DNA of 64,000 bases from Mycolicibacterium bacteremicum (GTDB lineage: Bacteria; Actinomycetota; Actinomycetes; Mycobacteriales; Mycobacteriaceae): assembly GCF_943913955.1 (NCBI RefSeq), contig NZ_CALUAE010000021.1, positions 8,787-72,786 on the forward strand, given 5' to 3'. This document shows, piece after piece, positions 50,237 to 60,476 of this stretch. Positions within the stretch are counted from its first letter, which is position 1; each line of letters opens with the position of its first letter. The position numbers and the translations under genes were made by a program. The notes under the pieces were generated by a model. That model saw only the letters and a list, made by a program, of their open reading frames with translations. It had not been told where the DNA came from and searched no databases.

Positions 50237-50656
50237 ATGCAGAAGGCGCTTGCCCCCGAGATCTCCACCTGGCCCGATGAGAGCCCGCAACTCATCGGCA
50301 GCCGGTGCGGTGCCTGTTCAGCCGTGACGTTCCCGCGCCAGACGCACTGCCCCAGGTGCAGCAGGTCCGAGATGTCGGATCAGCTGCTGCCCCGTCGCGG
50401 CACCGTGATCGCCTGGACGACACAGGGATTCCCGCCTGGCGCACCGTACGCCGGCCCGACCGGCAAGGACTTCGAGCCGTTCGGGGTCGGACTCGTGCAA
50501 CTGGGCGATGAGATCCGCGTCGAGGGACGCCTCACCGAGAACGACCCGGAGAAGCTGAGTTTCGGCATGGAGGTCGAGCTGGTCATGGCGCCGTTCGCCA
50601 CCGATGCCGATGGCGATGAGCTCGTCACGTTCTGGTTCAAGCCGGTGTCGCGATGA
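50237..50656 (+). CDS. DUF35 OB-fold/Zn-ribbon protein (thiolase-associated)
   Basis: 139 aa with the Zn-ribbon CGACS...CPRC followed by an OB fold. Partner of SCP-x type thiolases. Confidence 0.7.
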   Translation: MQKALAPEISTWPDESPQLIGSRCGACSAVTFPRQTHCPRCSRSEMSDQLLPRRGTVIAWTTQGFPPGAPYAGPTGKDFEPFGVGLVQLGDEIRVEGRLTENDPEKLSFGMEVELVMAPFATDADGDELVTFWFKPVSR

Positions 50657-50697
50657 GCGCCCGCGCGAAGAGCAATCACACACGGAGGTACTGACAG

Positions 50698-51843
50698 ATG
50701 AGTAATGACGTTGCCATCATCGGTGTCGGCATCCACCCGTTCGGCCGGTTCGACAAGACCGCCATGGAGATGGGCGCCGAGGCCATCCAGGGCGCGCTGA
50801 CCGATGCGGGTCTGGAGTGGAAGGACATCCAGTTCGGTTTCGGCGGCAGCTATGAGGTGTCCAACCCCGATGCCGTGACCCGGCTCGTGGGCCTGACCGG
50901 CATCACCTTCACCAACGTGTTCAACGCCTGTGCCACCTCGGCCTCGGCGATCCAACAGACCGCCGACACGATCCGGCTGGGCAAGTACGACATCGGCATC
51001 GCCATCGGCCTGGACAAGCATCCGCGTGGCGCCTTCACCGACGATCCGGCCAAGCTCGCGCTGCCGCAGTGGTACGCCAACAACGGCCAGTTCGTCACCA
51101 CCAAGTTCTTCGGGATGAAGGCCAACCACTACATCCACACGCACGGTATCTCGGAGGAGACGCTGGCCCGGGTGGCGAACAAGAACTTCCGCAACGGCGA
51201 GCTGAACCCGAATGCGTTCCGGCGCAAGGAGATCTCCGTCGAGGAGATCATGGCCTCACCGGTGCTGAACTACCCGCTGCGCCAGTACATGTTCTGCGCC
51301 CCGGACGAGGGTGCCGCCGCGGTCATCATGTGCCGCGCCGACATCGCGCACAAGTACACCGACAAGCCCGTCTACGTGCGGGCCAGCGAGATCCGCACCC
51401 GGACCTTCGGTGCCTACGAGGTGCACGCCACCTCCGCCCCGTTGGACGAGGATCCCTCGCCCACGGTGTTCGCCGCCAAGGCCGCCTACGAGGCTGCCGG
51501 TATCGGGCCCGAGGACGTCGACATCGCGCAGTTGCAGGACACCGACGCCGGTGCCGAGGTCATCCACATGGCCGAGACCGGACTGTGCGCCGACGGCGAG
51601 CAGGAGAAGATGCTGATCGACGGTGCCACCGAGATCACCGGGTCGATCCCGGTCAACACCGACGGCGGCCTGATCGCCAACGGTGAGCCGATCGGTGCCT
51701 CGGGCCTGCGGCAGATGCACGAGCTGGTGCGGCAGCTGCGCGGTGAGGCGGGGGAGCGGCAGGTTCCGAACAGCCCGCGGGTCGGGTTGGCACAGGTGTA
51801 CGGCGCACCCGGCACCGCCTCGGCAACCATCCTGTCGCTGTAG
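50698..51843 (+). CDS. SCP-x / Ltp2-type thiolase-like protein (non-canonical thiolase/retro-aldolase)
   Basis: 381-aa thiolase fold with the N-terminal VAIIGVGIHPFGRF but lacking the classic thiolase CoA-binding loops. Co-operonic with the DUF35 gene. Confidence 0.7.
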   Translation: MSNDVAIIGVGIHPFGRFDKTAMEMGAEAIQGALTDAGLEWKDIQFGFGGSYEVSNPDAVTRLVGLTGITFTNVFNACATSASAIQQTADTIRLGKYDIGIAIGLDKHPRGAFTDDPAKLALPQWYANNGQFVTTKFFGMKANHYIHTHGISEETLARVANKNFRNGELNPNAFRRKEISVEEIMASPVLNYPLRQYMFCAPDEGAAAVIMCRADIAHKYTDKPVYVRASEIRTRTFGAYEVHATSAPLDEDPSPTVFAAKAAYEAAGIGPEDVDIAQLQDTDAGAEVIHMAETGLCADGEQEKMLIDGATEITGSIPVNTDGGLIANGEPIGASGLRQMHELVRQLRGEAGERQVPNSPRVGLAQVYGAPGTASATILSL

Positions 51844-51880
51844 GTGCCCCGCCCGGTAACGCCGTTCTCCGAGGAATAGA

Positions 51881-52795
51881 GTGCGATTCATGGCTGATAA
51901 CCCGGACTACCGCTTCGTCACCTACGAAACCCTCGACGAGGGCACCATCGCCCGGATCATGTTGAACCGGGCCGAGGCTCGCAACGCGCAGAACCGCGGC
52001 ATGCTCGTCGAACTGCACGAGGCGTTCCTGCGTGCCGAGGCCGACGACACGGTCCGGGTGGTGATCCTCGGCGGGCACGGCCCGATGTTCTCGGCCGGCC
52101 ACGACGTCGGGTCCAAGGTCCAGCTCGGCGAGTACTCGCCCGGCCCGAACCAGCATCCGAGCTTCACCGTCAACGGCGGCACCCGCGAGGGCGCCGAGAA
52201 ATTGATGCTGCAGGAATGGCATCACTATTTCGAGAACACCCGGCGCTGGCGCAATCTGCGCAAGATCACCATCGCCTCGGTGCACGGTGACGTCTACGCC
52301 GCCGCGCTGATGCTGATGTGGTCCTGCGATCTGATCGTGGCGGCGGACAACACCCGGTTCACCGATGTGGTCGGCACCCGGCTGGGCATGTGCGGCGTGG
52401 AGTACTTCGCACACCCCTGGGAGTTCGGCGCCCGCAAGACCAAGGAGCTGATGCTGACCGGGGACACCCTCTCGGTCGAGGAGGGCCACGCCCTGGGCAT
52501 GGTCTCCAAGATCTTCCCGGCCGACGAACTCGCCGACAAGACCGTCGAATTCGCCCGCCGCATCGCCAAGGTGCCGACCATGGCCGCACTGCTGATAAAG
52601 GAATCGGTGAACCAGACCCAGGACAACCAGGGTTTCTACAACTCGCTGAACGCCTGCTTCACCATGCATCAGCTCAACCACAGCCACTGGTCGCAGGTGC
52701 ACGAGAACGGTTTCCCGGTCGGGCTGGCCGAGGACGGCCTGGAGGACTGGCGTACCGCGGGTCCGCCGCAGGCCGCCGTCAAGGACCAGCCCTAG
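51881..52795 (+). CDS. enoyl-CoA hydratase/isomerase (crotonase) family protein
   Basis: Crotonase fold (RIMLNRAEARNAQN, FSAGHDV oxyanion region). Confidence 0.75.
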   Translation: MRFMADNPDYRFVTYETLDEGTIARIMLNRAEARNAQNRGMLVELHEAFLRAEADDTVRVVILGGHGPMFSAGHDVGSKVQLGEYSPGPNQHPSFTVNGGTREGAEKLMLQEWHHYFENTRRWRNLRKITIASVHGDVYAAALMLMWSCDLIVAADNTRFTDVVGTRLGMCGVEYFAHPWEFGARKTKELMLTGDTLSVEEGHALGMVSKIFPADELADKTVEFARRIAKVPTMAALLIKESVNQTQDNQGFYNSLNACFTMHQLNHSHWSQVHENGFPVGLAEDGLEDWRTAGPPQAAVKDQP

Positions 52796-52856
52796 CCTTT
52801 CTGTGCGATGTATGGCGTCTCACCCGTAATGAGTACGGGTGAGACGCCGCAAGTCG

Positions 52857-54479
52857 CTAGGGAGTGGGGGCGGATTCGCCGGTGGCGGCGGTGAATCCGC
52901 TGCGGTAGCCGAACGTCATCGCGGGCCCGAGGGTGCCACCGGCGCCGCCGTAGGCCTTCCCGGTCACGCCGGCCATCGCATTACCCGCCGCGAACAGCCC
53001 GGGAATCGGTTGGCCGCTGACATGCAGAACCCGACCGTCGCGGTCGGTGCGCGGTCCGCCCTTGGTACCCATCGCGCCGATGGCCACCGGTACGGCATAG
53101 AACGGCGCGGTGTCGAGCGGCCCGAGTGTCTGCAGTGCCGGTGAGGCGGCCGACGGGTCGCCCCAGTAGCCGTCGTATGCGCTTGCGCCGCGGTCGAAGT
53201 CGGGGTCCCGCTCGTTTTCGACATTCGCGTTCCACTGATCGACAGTCCGACGTAGCCCTTCGGTGTCGATGCCCGTCGCCGCGCCGAGATCGTCCAGTGT
53301 CGCCGACTTGTGGAACCAATCCGGCGCCTCGCCACCGGGTTCGATGCCCAGGAAGCCGTACCGCTTGAGGTGCTGATCGTCGAAGACGATCCACGCCGGG
53401 TCGTTGAGATATCCGGCGCGCGGGTCGAGGTGGTGGAAGGGCCCGGCCATCGAGTTGTACTCGCCCGCCTCGTTGAGGAATCGCTTCCCGGCCCGGTTGA
53501 CGATGATGCTGCGCGGACGGGTGCGTTCCAGGCGCACACTGCGGCTGCGCGGCCTACCGTCCAGGGTGTCGCCGGGGATCTGCACGATGGGCACCCACCA
53601 GGCCTCTCCCATGTTGGCCAGGTCGGCACCGTGCGCCATCGCCATCCGCAGCCCGTCGCCGGTGTTGTTCGGCGGCGAGACCGCGCCGCGCATCGGCCCG
53701 CGCAGGTAGGCATCCACCAGGTGCGGATCCCATTCGAACCCACCGGTCCCCAGGATGACCGCCTTGCGGGCCCGCACCCGGATCTCCGTGCCGCCGTGGT
53801 GGATCCGTACGCCGGTGATCCCCTCGGCGGACCCGTACAGCTCGGTGGCGCGCGCGTCGGTGACGGGTTCGATGCCGCGGTCGAGGAGTCCCTTGAGCAG
53901 CCCCGCGATCAGCGCGATGCCGGCCACGCAGTAGTCACCGTCGAGGTCGTCGACGGAGGCGTGGATGCGTGCCTTGGTCTCGGCATCGATGCCGACGTTG
54001 CTGAAGTCCACCGGGAAGGAGGTGATCCGGTCGTGCCAGTCGCCCAGGGTGGCGAGGTCGAACGGTCTGGCATTGAGCGACCGGCCGCCGCCGGGCCGGC
54101 CGCCGGGCAGTTCGGGCTTGTAGTCCGGGAACCCGGCGGCGATCTCGAAGCGCAGGTCACTGTGCTGTTCCAGGTAATCCAGCATCACCGGCCCAGTGCG
54201 CACGAAGGTCTCGACCAGATCCCGGTCCATGGCCCCCAGCGACTGTGCAGCAAGGTATTTCAGGGCATCCTCGACGGACAGTTCGGCGCCGTCGAGGCGG
54301 TTGTGGGCGGGAATCCAGACGATACCGCCGGAGACCGCGGTGGTACCGCCGACGGTGGGCGCTTTCTCGTAGACGGCGACGTCGGCTCCGTTGACGGCGG
54401 CGGTCAGGGCGGCCGACAGGCCGGCGCCCCCGGTGCCGAGTACGACGACGTCGACCTCGTGATCCCATGAGTCGGGCAC
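52857..54479 (-). CDS. FAD-dependent dehydrogenase, 3-ketosteroid-delta1-dehydrogenase (KstD)/fumarate-reductase-flavoprotein-like
   Basis: 540 aa with the N-terminal FAD motif VDVVVLGTGGAGLSAALTAA and a C-terminal FAAGNAMAG. Confidence 0.7.
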   Translation of the reverse strand: MPDSWDHEVDVVVLGTGGAGLSAALTAAVNGADVAVYEKAPTVGGTTAVSGGIVWIPAHNRLDGAELSVEDALKYLAAQSLGAMDRDLVETFVRTGPVMLDYLEQHSDLRFEIAAGFPDYKPELPGGRPGGGRSLNARPFDLATLGDWHDRITSFPVDFSNVGIDAETKARIHASVDDLDGDYCVAGIALIAGLLKGLLDRGIEPVTDARATELYGSAEGITGVRIHHGGTEIRVRARKAVILGTGGFEWDPHLVDAYLRGPMRGAVSPPNNTGDGLRMAMAHGADLANMGEAWWVPIVQIPGDTLDGRPRSRSVRLERTRPRSIIVNRAGKRFLNEAGEYNSMAGPFHHLDPRAGYLNDPAWIVFDDQHLKRYGFLGIEPGGEAPDWFHKSATLDDLGAATGIDTEGLRRTVDQWNANVENERDPDFDRGASAYDGYWGDPSAASPALQTLGPLDTAPFYAVPVAIGAMGTKGGPRTDRDGRVLHVSGQPIPGLFAAGNAMAGVTGKAYGGAGGTLGPAMTFGYRSGFTAATGESAPTP

Positions 54480-54499
54480 GGACTCGGTCCTTTCCGTTG

Positions 54500-55222
54500 T
54501 CAGCCGAGAATCTCGGACAGTTGCTTGGCCGCGCGGATGACGGCATCGCGACCGGTGAGGACGACATCCTCACGGTGGGAGATCAGGTTGATGCAGGTCG
54601 GTGGGGAGGGCGGTCGGCGCCGCACCGGGACGGCCAGGCCGTAGGTGTCGGGCTCGATCTCGCCGTGGGTGATCACCCACCCCTGATCGCGAGCCCGGCG
54701 GACCAGTTCGCGCTCGCCAGGCCGCGGCGGCATGCTCGACAACAGGGCGATGCCGGCGGCGCCGCGCTCCAGCGGGTGGCGGCTGCCCTCGTGGAAGGAC
54801 AGTTGGTAGAACACCAGCGTCGGCACGATCACCGCGATCGCCACCTGTTGATCACCCTCGGCGACCAGCAGTGAGACGGTGGTGCCCAGATCGTCGGCGA
54901 GTAGCCGCAGTGTCGGCAGCGCGAGTTGGCGGACATTGTTGTCGAAGGACGCGCCCAGTACCGCCAGTGCGGCGGCGGGCCGGTAGCGGCCATCCTCGCC
55001 CTTGGTGATGAACCGGGCCTGCGCCAGAGTGCTGAGCAATCGGTAGGCGATGGTCCGGTGCACCCCGACGTAATCGGCGACCTCCGCCGCGGTGATCCCC
55101 GCGGGTGCGCTCGAGACCGCCTGGAGAGCGGAAAGTCCGCGGGCCAGCGTCTGGGAGCCGGCCGCCGGCCGGTCGGTCAATTCGCGTCCCGGGCTTGTCA
55201 CGGGTCCCTTGACAGACGTCAT
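54500..55222 (-). CDS. IclR-family transcriptional regulator (MhpR-like position)
   Basis: N-terminal wHTH (ITAAEVADYVGVHRTIAYRLLSTL) plus an IclR effector domain. Divergent from the mhpC/A/B genes, as mhpR is in E. coli. Confidence 0.75.
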   Translation of the reverse strand: MTSVKGPVTSPGRELTDRPAAGSQTLARGLSALQAVSSAPAGITAAEVADYVGVHRTIAYRLLSTLAQARFITKGEDGRYRPAAALAVLGASFDNNVRQLALPTLRLLADDLGTTVSLLVAEGDQQVAIAVIVPTLVFYQLSFHEGSRHPLERGAAGIALLSSMPPRPGERELVRRARDQGWVITHGEIEPDTYGLAVPVRRRPPSPPTCINLISHREDVVLTGRDAVIRAAKQLSEILG

Positions 55223-55247
55223 CGCGAGAGTGATGCTCTATAGATAG

Positions 55248-55263
55248 TGCACATAGATGTGCG
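55248..55263. promoter_or_regulatory. palindrome TGCACAT-AG-ATGTGCG in the AT-rich IclR/mhp divergent promoter
   Basis: A 7-bp inverted repeat with one mismatch. Further TGCACA/TGCGCG-like hexamers follow (tagCACAgatgatTGCGCG). Confidence 0.45.
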
Positions 55264-55335
55264 ATTTTAGCACAGATGATTGCGCGAAAGCGAGAATGGG
55301 ATTTCCGCAGGGAACCCACGACGACGGGGAGAGGC

Positions 55336-56211
55336 ATGGCGGTGCGGCCGGAACACGAGAGTGTCTGGAGCGATCTTCAGGGTGTGGCGTTCTCGCAGGG
55401 GTACCTCGACGCGGGTGGCGTGCGGACCCGCTATCTGCATGCGGGAGAACGGAACACGCCCACGCTGGTGCTGCTGCACGGCTCCGGCGGGCACGCCGAG
55501 GCGTACGTGCGCAATCTGGAGGCGCATGCCGAGCACTTCTCCACCTGGTCCATCGACATGCTGGGGCACGGCTACACCGACAAGCCCGGCCACCCGCTGG
55601 AGGTGAGTCACTACGTCGATCACCTGCTCGCCGTGTTCGACGCGATCGGCGTCGACCGCGTGCATCTGTCGGGTGAGTCGCTGGGCGGTTGGGTCGCCGC
55701 GCGGGCGGCATCCGATCATCCCGACCGGATCGAACGCCTGGTCCTCAACACCGCCGGGGGGTCGCAGGCCGACCCGGAGGTGATGAAGCGCATCATCACG
55801 CTGTCCATGGCGGCCGCGGAGAACCCGGACTGGGATACCGTGCAGGCCCGCATCAAGTGGCTGATGGCCGACAAGTCCAAGGGCTACGACGATATCGTCG
55901 CCAGCCGTCAGAAGGTTTACCAGCAACCGGGTTTCGTCTCGGCGATGAGTGACATCATGGCGCTGCAGGATCCCGAGATCCGCGCGCGCAACCTGCTGGG
56001 GCCCGCGGAGTACGGCGCCATCACCGCGCCCACCCTGGTGCTGTGGACCAGCGATGACCCCACCGCCGATGTCAGCGAGGGCCGGCGCATCTCGGAGATG
56101 ATCCCCGGCGCCCGCTTCGAGGTGATGCCCGACTGCGGGCACTGGCCCCAGTACGAGGATCCCAAGACCTTCAACCAGTTGCACATCGACTTCCTGCTGG
56201 GGCGATCGTGA
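55336..56211 (+). CDS. meta-cleavage-product hydrolase (MhpC/BphD/HsaD-like alpha/beta hydrolase)
   Basis: Start at MAVRPEHES (GGGGAGAGG Shine-Dalgarno). Has the HGSGG oxyanion region, the nucleophile elbow GESLGG, and a C-terminal DCGHWPQYE...FNQL like E. coli MhpC. Confidence 0.8.
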   Translation: MAVRPEHESVWSDLQGVAFSQGYLDAGGVRTRYLHAGERNTPTLVLLHGSGGHAEAYVRNLEAHAEHFSTWSIDMLGHGYTDKPGHPLEVSHYVDHLLAVFDAIGVDRVHLSGESLGGWVAARAASDHPDRIERLVLNTAGGSQADPEVMKRIITLSMAAAENPDWDTVQARIKWLMADKSKGYDDIVASRQKVYQQPGFVSAMSDIMALQDPEIRARNLLGPAEYGAITAPTLVLWTSDDPTADVSEGRRISEMIPGARFEVMPDCGHWPQYEDPKTFNQLHIDFLLGRS

Positions 56212-57860
56212 CCGACACCGACGTCCTGATCGTCGGCGCCGGGCCGGTCGGCCTGACGCTGGCCAATATCCTGGGCCAGCAGGGGGTCTCGACGCTGGTG
56301 GTCGAGGACCGCGACACCCTGATCGACTATCCGCGCGGCGTCGGCCTGGACGACGAGTCGCTGCGGACCTTCCAGTCGATCGGGCTGGTGCAGGAGATCC
56401 TGCCGCACACCGTGCCGAATCAGATCCTGCGCTTCTATGACGCCAAGCGGGAACTGCTGGCCGAGATGGCGCCCCCGGACGCCCGTTTCGGCTGGCCCAA
56501 ACGCAACGGCTTCGTCCAGCCACTGGTCGATGCCGAGTTGCTGCGCGGCCTCGACCGGTTCGCCCATGTGCAGGTGCGGTGGAGCACCCGGATGGAGAAC
56601 TGCGCCGTCGACGCCGACGGGGTCACCGTCGACCTGGTGTCCGCCGGTGTCACCGAGTCCGTGCGGGCGCGATACGTGGTGGGTTGCGACGGTGGGCGCA
56701 GTGCGACAAGGCATCTGATGGGGGTGTCCTTCGAGGGCACCACCTCGGCCACCCGCTGGCTGGTGGTCGACCTGGCCAATGACCCGCTCGGGCATCCCAA
56801 CAGCGAGGTCGGCGCCGACCCGGACCGGCCCTACGCCTCGATCTCGATCGCGCACGGTATCCGCCGCTTCGAGTTCATGATCCACGCCCACGAGACCGAC
56901 GAGCAGGTCGAGCAACCGGCGTTCATCGAGCGCATGCTGGCCCCGTTCGTCCCGCACCCCGACCGGGTCGACATCATCCGGCATCGCGTCTACACCCATC
57001 ACTCCCGCATCGCCGGATCGTTCCGGAAGGGCCGGCTGCTGCTCGGCGGCGACGCCGCCCACCTGATGCCGGTCTGGCAGGGGCAGGGGTACAACAGCGG
57101 CATCCGCGACGCCGCCAACCTCGGCTGGAAGCTGGCGGCCGTCGTCAACGGACAGGCCGATGACGCGTTGCTGGACAGCTACGATGCCGAACGGCGCAAG
57201 CACGCACGCGCCATGATCGACCTGTCCACCCTGGTGGGCCGGGTCATCTCACCCACCAACCGCCACGTGGCCACCCTGCGGGACAAGGTGATCCGCGCCG
57301 CGTCGGTGGTTCCCACCCTCAAGCGCTACGTGCTGGAGATGCGCTTCAAGCCGATGCCGCGTTATGACACCGGCGCGGTCGTGCACAACGAGTCCGCCTC
57401 GGCGGTGCCACCGGCAGGCACGCTGTTCATCCAGCCGGCCGTCGACACCCGGGTCGCCCAGAACGTACTGCTCGACGAGATCCTGGGCACCGGATTCGCC
57501 GTGCTCGCCTGGAACAACAACCCGCGTGCCCTGCTGAGCGAGGACACCTACACCCGCTGGAAGACGTTGGGTGCCAACTTCATCGAGGCCCGGCCGAACA
57601 CCCAGCTGCACTGGCCCGGCCACGATGACCCGGGTGTCACGATCGTGGGTGACCGCACCGGCGCGCTGAAGAGATTCTTCGACGCCCACGCCGAGTCGGT
57701 GCTCTTCCTGCGGCCCGACCGGTGCATCGCCGCCGCCTGCATCGCCCAGCTCTCCGATGCCACCAGCGCCCAGCTGTTCGGCGTGCTGCATCTCACCGGG
57801 GGAGGTGAAGCCGATGTCGCGCGTCGCCCTGTGCTGCATGTCGCACAGCCCCCTGCTTAA
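56208..57860 (+). CDS. mhpA: 3-(3-hydroxyphenyl)propionate/3-hydroxycinnamate hydroxylase MhpA-like FAD monooxygenase
   Basis: 550 aa, collinear with E. coli MhpA by recall ([80 protein letters not shown]). Confidence 0.8.
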   Translation: MTDTDVLIVGAGPVGLTLANILGQQGVSTLVVEDRDTLIDYPRGVGLDDESLRTFQSIGLVQEILPHTVPNQILRFYDAKRELLAEMAPPDARFGWPKRNGFVQPLVDAELLRGLDRFAHVQVRWSTRMENCAVDADGVTVDLVSAGVTESVRARYVVGCDGGRSATRHLMGVSFEGTTSATRWLVVDLANDPLGHPNSEVGADPDRPYASISIAHGIRRFEFMIHAHETDEQVEQPAFIERMLAPFVPHPDRVDIIRHRVYTHHSRIAGSFRKGRLLLGGDAAHLMPVWQGQGYNSGIRDAANLGWKLAAVVNGQADDALLDSYDAERRKHARAMIDLSTLVGRVISPTNRHVATLRDKVIRAASVVPTLKRYVLEMRFKPMPRYDTGAVVHNESASAVPPAGTLFIQPAVDTRVAQNVLLDEILGTGFAVLAWNNNPRALLSEDTYTRWKTLGANFIEARPNTQLHWPGHDDPGVTIVGDRTGALKRFFDAHAESVLFLRPDRCIAAACIAQLSDATSAQLFGVLHLTGGGEADVARRPVLHVAQPPA

Positions 57861-58752
57861 CCTGCCCGGCCCGTCCGCGGATCTCTTGGGAGACATCACC
57901 GCGCAGTTGCAGACCGCGACGGCCTTCGTGCGCGATTTCGACCCGGAACTGGTCGTGGTGTTCTCACCCGATCACTACAACGGGTTCTTCTACCGGCTGA
58001 TGCCGCCGTTCTGCATCGGCACCGCGGCCACCGGCGTCGGCGACTACGGCACCCGGTCGGGCCCGCTCGACGTCGCCGCCGACATCGCGACCGCGATGGC
58101 CACCGCGGCGTGGGATGCCGGCGTGGACGTGTCACTCTCGGCGGCAATGGATGTCGACCATGGCACCGTGCAGCCGCTGGACACCCTCTTCGGCGACCGG
58201 ACACCGCCGATCGTGCCGGTGTTCATCAACTCGGTGGCCACCCCGCTGGGTCCGCTCAAGCGCGTCCGGGCGCTGGGCACCGCCATCGGTGAGTACCTGT
58301 CCGGTGTGGACAAGCGGGTGCTGCTGCTCGGCTCGGGCGGCCTGTCCCATGATCCGCCGGTGCCCACGCTGGCGACCGCACCGCCGGCCGCACTGGAACG
58401 GATCGTCGGCGGCGCACCGATGAGCGCCGACGCGCGGGCGGCACGCCAGGACGCGGTGATCGCCGCGGCGCACGCCTTCGCCCACGGCGACAGCCCGTTG
58501 CAACCGCTCAACCCGGATTGGGATCACGCCTTCCTGGACCTGCTGGACAACGGCCGGCTGGCCGAGGTGGACGGCTGGCGCAACGAATGGATCGCCGCCG
58601 AGGCGGGCAACTCCGCGCACGAGGTGCGCACCTGGGTGGCGGCCTTCGCTGCCCTGTCCGCACTCGGCGCGTACACGACCGAGCAGCGCTACTACCGCGC
58701 GGCTCCAGAACTGATCGCGGGCTTCGCGATCCGGACGGCGGTGCTTTCATGA
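57814..58752 (+). CDS. mhpB: 3-(2,3-dihydroxyphenyl)propionate 1,2-dioxygenase MhpB-like (class III extradiol, LigB family)
   Basis: The N-terminus [15 protein letters not shown] matches E. coli MHAYLHCLSHSPLV. Overlaps the mhpA 3' end by 47 nt; an alternative start is 57838. Confidence 0.8.
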   Translation: MSRVALCCMSHSPLLNLPGPSADLLGDITAQLQTATAFVRDFDPELVVVFSPDHYNGFFYRLMPPFCIGTAATGVGDYGTRSGPLDVAADIATAMATAAWDAGVDVSLSAAMDVDHGTVQPLDTLFGDRTPPIVPVFINSVATPLGPLKRVRALGTAIGEYLSGVDKRVLLLGSGGLSHDPPVPTLATAPPAALERIVGGAPMSADARAARQDAVIAAAHAFAHGDSPLQPLNPDWDHAFLDLLDNGRLAEVDGWRNEWIAAEAGNSAHEVRTWVAAFAALSALGAYTTEQRYYRAAPELIAGFAIRTAVLS

Positions 58753-60476
58753 GTGAGTCGGCAGCCCGGTTCGACCACACCGTCGACGTCCTCGTCGTCG
58801 GCTCCGGCGGTGGCGGCCTGACCGCGGCGCTGAAGGCCGCGGCGAACGGACTGGACACCCTGGTCGTGGAGAAGTCCGCCAAGTTCGGCGGTTCCACCGC
58901 ACTGTCCGGCGGCGGTATCTGGGTGCCCGGGGCGCCCGCGCAGCGCCGCGCCGGATACACCCCTGACCCGGACGGTGTCTTCGAGTACCTCAGGACCATC
59001 ACCGACGGGTTGGTCAGCGACGCCCGGCTGCGCACCTACGTCGACGTGGCGCCGGAGATGATGGACTTCCTGGAGCGCTGCAGCGACTGGTTCGAGTTCG
59101 TCTGGAAGCCGGGCTACGCCGACTACTATCCGGAACTGCCCGGTGGTTCCGAGCGTGGCAGCACCATCAATGTCCCGGAGATCGACCTGCGCCGACTCGG
59201 CGCGGAGGAGCAGAACATGCTCGCCCCGCTGGCGCTGGCGCCCAAGGGAATCTGGTTCGCGCCCAAAGACCTTCGGCTGTTCTACCAGGTGCGGCAGAAC
59301 TGGCGTGGCAAGGCCGTGCTGGTCAAACTGATCTGGCGGATGTTCCGGGCCCGGGTGTTCGGGGATCGGATGGCCGCCATCGGACAGTCACTGATGGCCC
59401 GGATGCGCCTGGCGCTGGCCGAACACGACATCCCGCTGTGGTTGTCGGCGCCGATGACCGAACTGATCACCGATGTGGACGGCCGCGTCGTGGGTGCGGT
59501 CGTCGAGCGTGACGGGAAACCGCTGCGCATCGCGGCCCGCGGCGGCGTCGTGCTGGCCACCGGTGGCTTCGATCACGACATCGGTTGGCGCCGACAGTAT
59601 CTGCCGCTGTTGGAGAAGGACTGGAGCTTCGGTAACCCGGCGGCACTGGGTGACGGGATCCGGGCCGGTGAGAAGGTCGGCGCGGCAACCGATCTGCTCG
59701 ACGAGGCCTGGTGGTTCCCGGCCATGTGCTGGCCGGACGGCCGGTTGCAGTTCATGCTCAACGAGCGGATGATGCCGGCCCAGTTCGTGGTCAACGGCGC
59801 CGGCGTGCGGTTCATCAACGAGGCGGCGCCCTACATGGACTTCGCGCACGCCATGATCGAGGGCCAGGCATCCGGTGTGGACCACGTCCCGTGCTGGCTG
59901 GTGACCGATATCAAATCCTTCCACCGCTACGTGGTCGGCGGGCATCTGCCGATACCGAAGGTGCCGTTCGCGCCGGTGCCGACCGGCCGCAAGATCCCGC
60001 AGGCCTGGCTGGATTCCGGCATCGTGGTGGCCGCCGACAGTTACGAGGAGTTGGCCACCAAGATCGGTGTGCCACCGCAGGCGTTGCGCGACACCGCCGA
60101 GCGGTTCAACAGCCTGGCCGCCACCGGACACGATGACGACTTCAACCGCGGTGACAGCGCGTATGACAACTACTACGGCGACCCGACGCTGACCAATCCG
60201 AACCTCGCGCCGCTGGGCAAGCCGCCCTATCTGGCGTTCCAGATCATCCTCGGCGACCTGGGTACCTCGGGCGGGTTGGTCACCGACGAGCACGCCCGGG
60301 TGCTGGGCGAGGACGGTGGCGTCATCGCCGGCCTCTATGCCACCGGCAATACCTCGGCGGCGGTCATGGGTCGCAGCTACGCCGGTGCCGGCGCCACCAT
60401 CGGACCCGCCATGACGTTCGGCTACGTTGCGGCACAACACATATCTGAGAATTCCAATAGAGAGGTAACCGCATGA
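58749..60476 (+). CDS. FAD-dependent dehydrogenase, KstD/fumarate-reductase-flavoprotein-like (second copy)
   Basis: Start ATG 58749 overlaps the mhpB stop. Has [20 protein letters not shown] and a C-terminal YATGNTSA. The track ORF 58518 is extended spuriously. Confidence 0.7.
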   Translation: MSESAARFDHTVDVLVVGSGGGGLTAALKAAANGLDTLVVEKSAKFGGSTALSGGGIWVPGAPAQRRAGYTPDPDGVFEYLRTITDGLVSDARLRTYVDVAPEMMDFLERCSDWFEFVWKPGYADYYPELPGGSERGSTINVPEIDLRRLGAEEQNMLAPLALAPKGIWFAPKDLRLFYQVRQNWRGKAVLVKLIWRMFRARVFGDRMAAIGQSLMARMRLALAEHDIPLWLSAPMTELITDVDGRVVGAVVERDGKPLRIAARGGVVLATGGFDHDIGWRRQYLPLLEKDWSFGNPAALGDGIRAGEKVGAATDLLDEAWWFPAMCWPDGRLQFMLNERMMPAQFVVNGAGVRFINEAAPYMDFAHAMIEGQASGVDHVPCWLVTDIKSFHRYVVGGHLPIPKVPFAPVPTGRKIPQAWLDSGIVVAADSYEELATKIGVPPQALRDTAERFNSLAATGHDDDFNRGDSAYDNYYGDPTLTNPNLAPLGKPPYLAFQIILGDLGTSGGLVTDEHARVLGEDGGVIAGLYATGNTSAAVMGRSYAGAGATIGPAMTFGYVAAQHISENSNREVTA

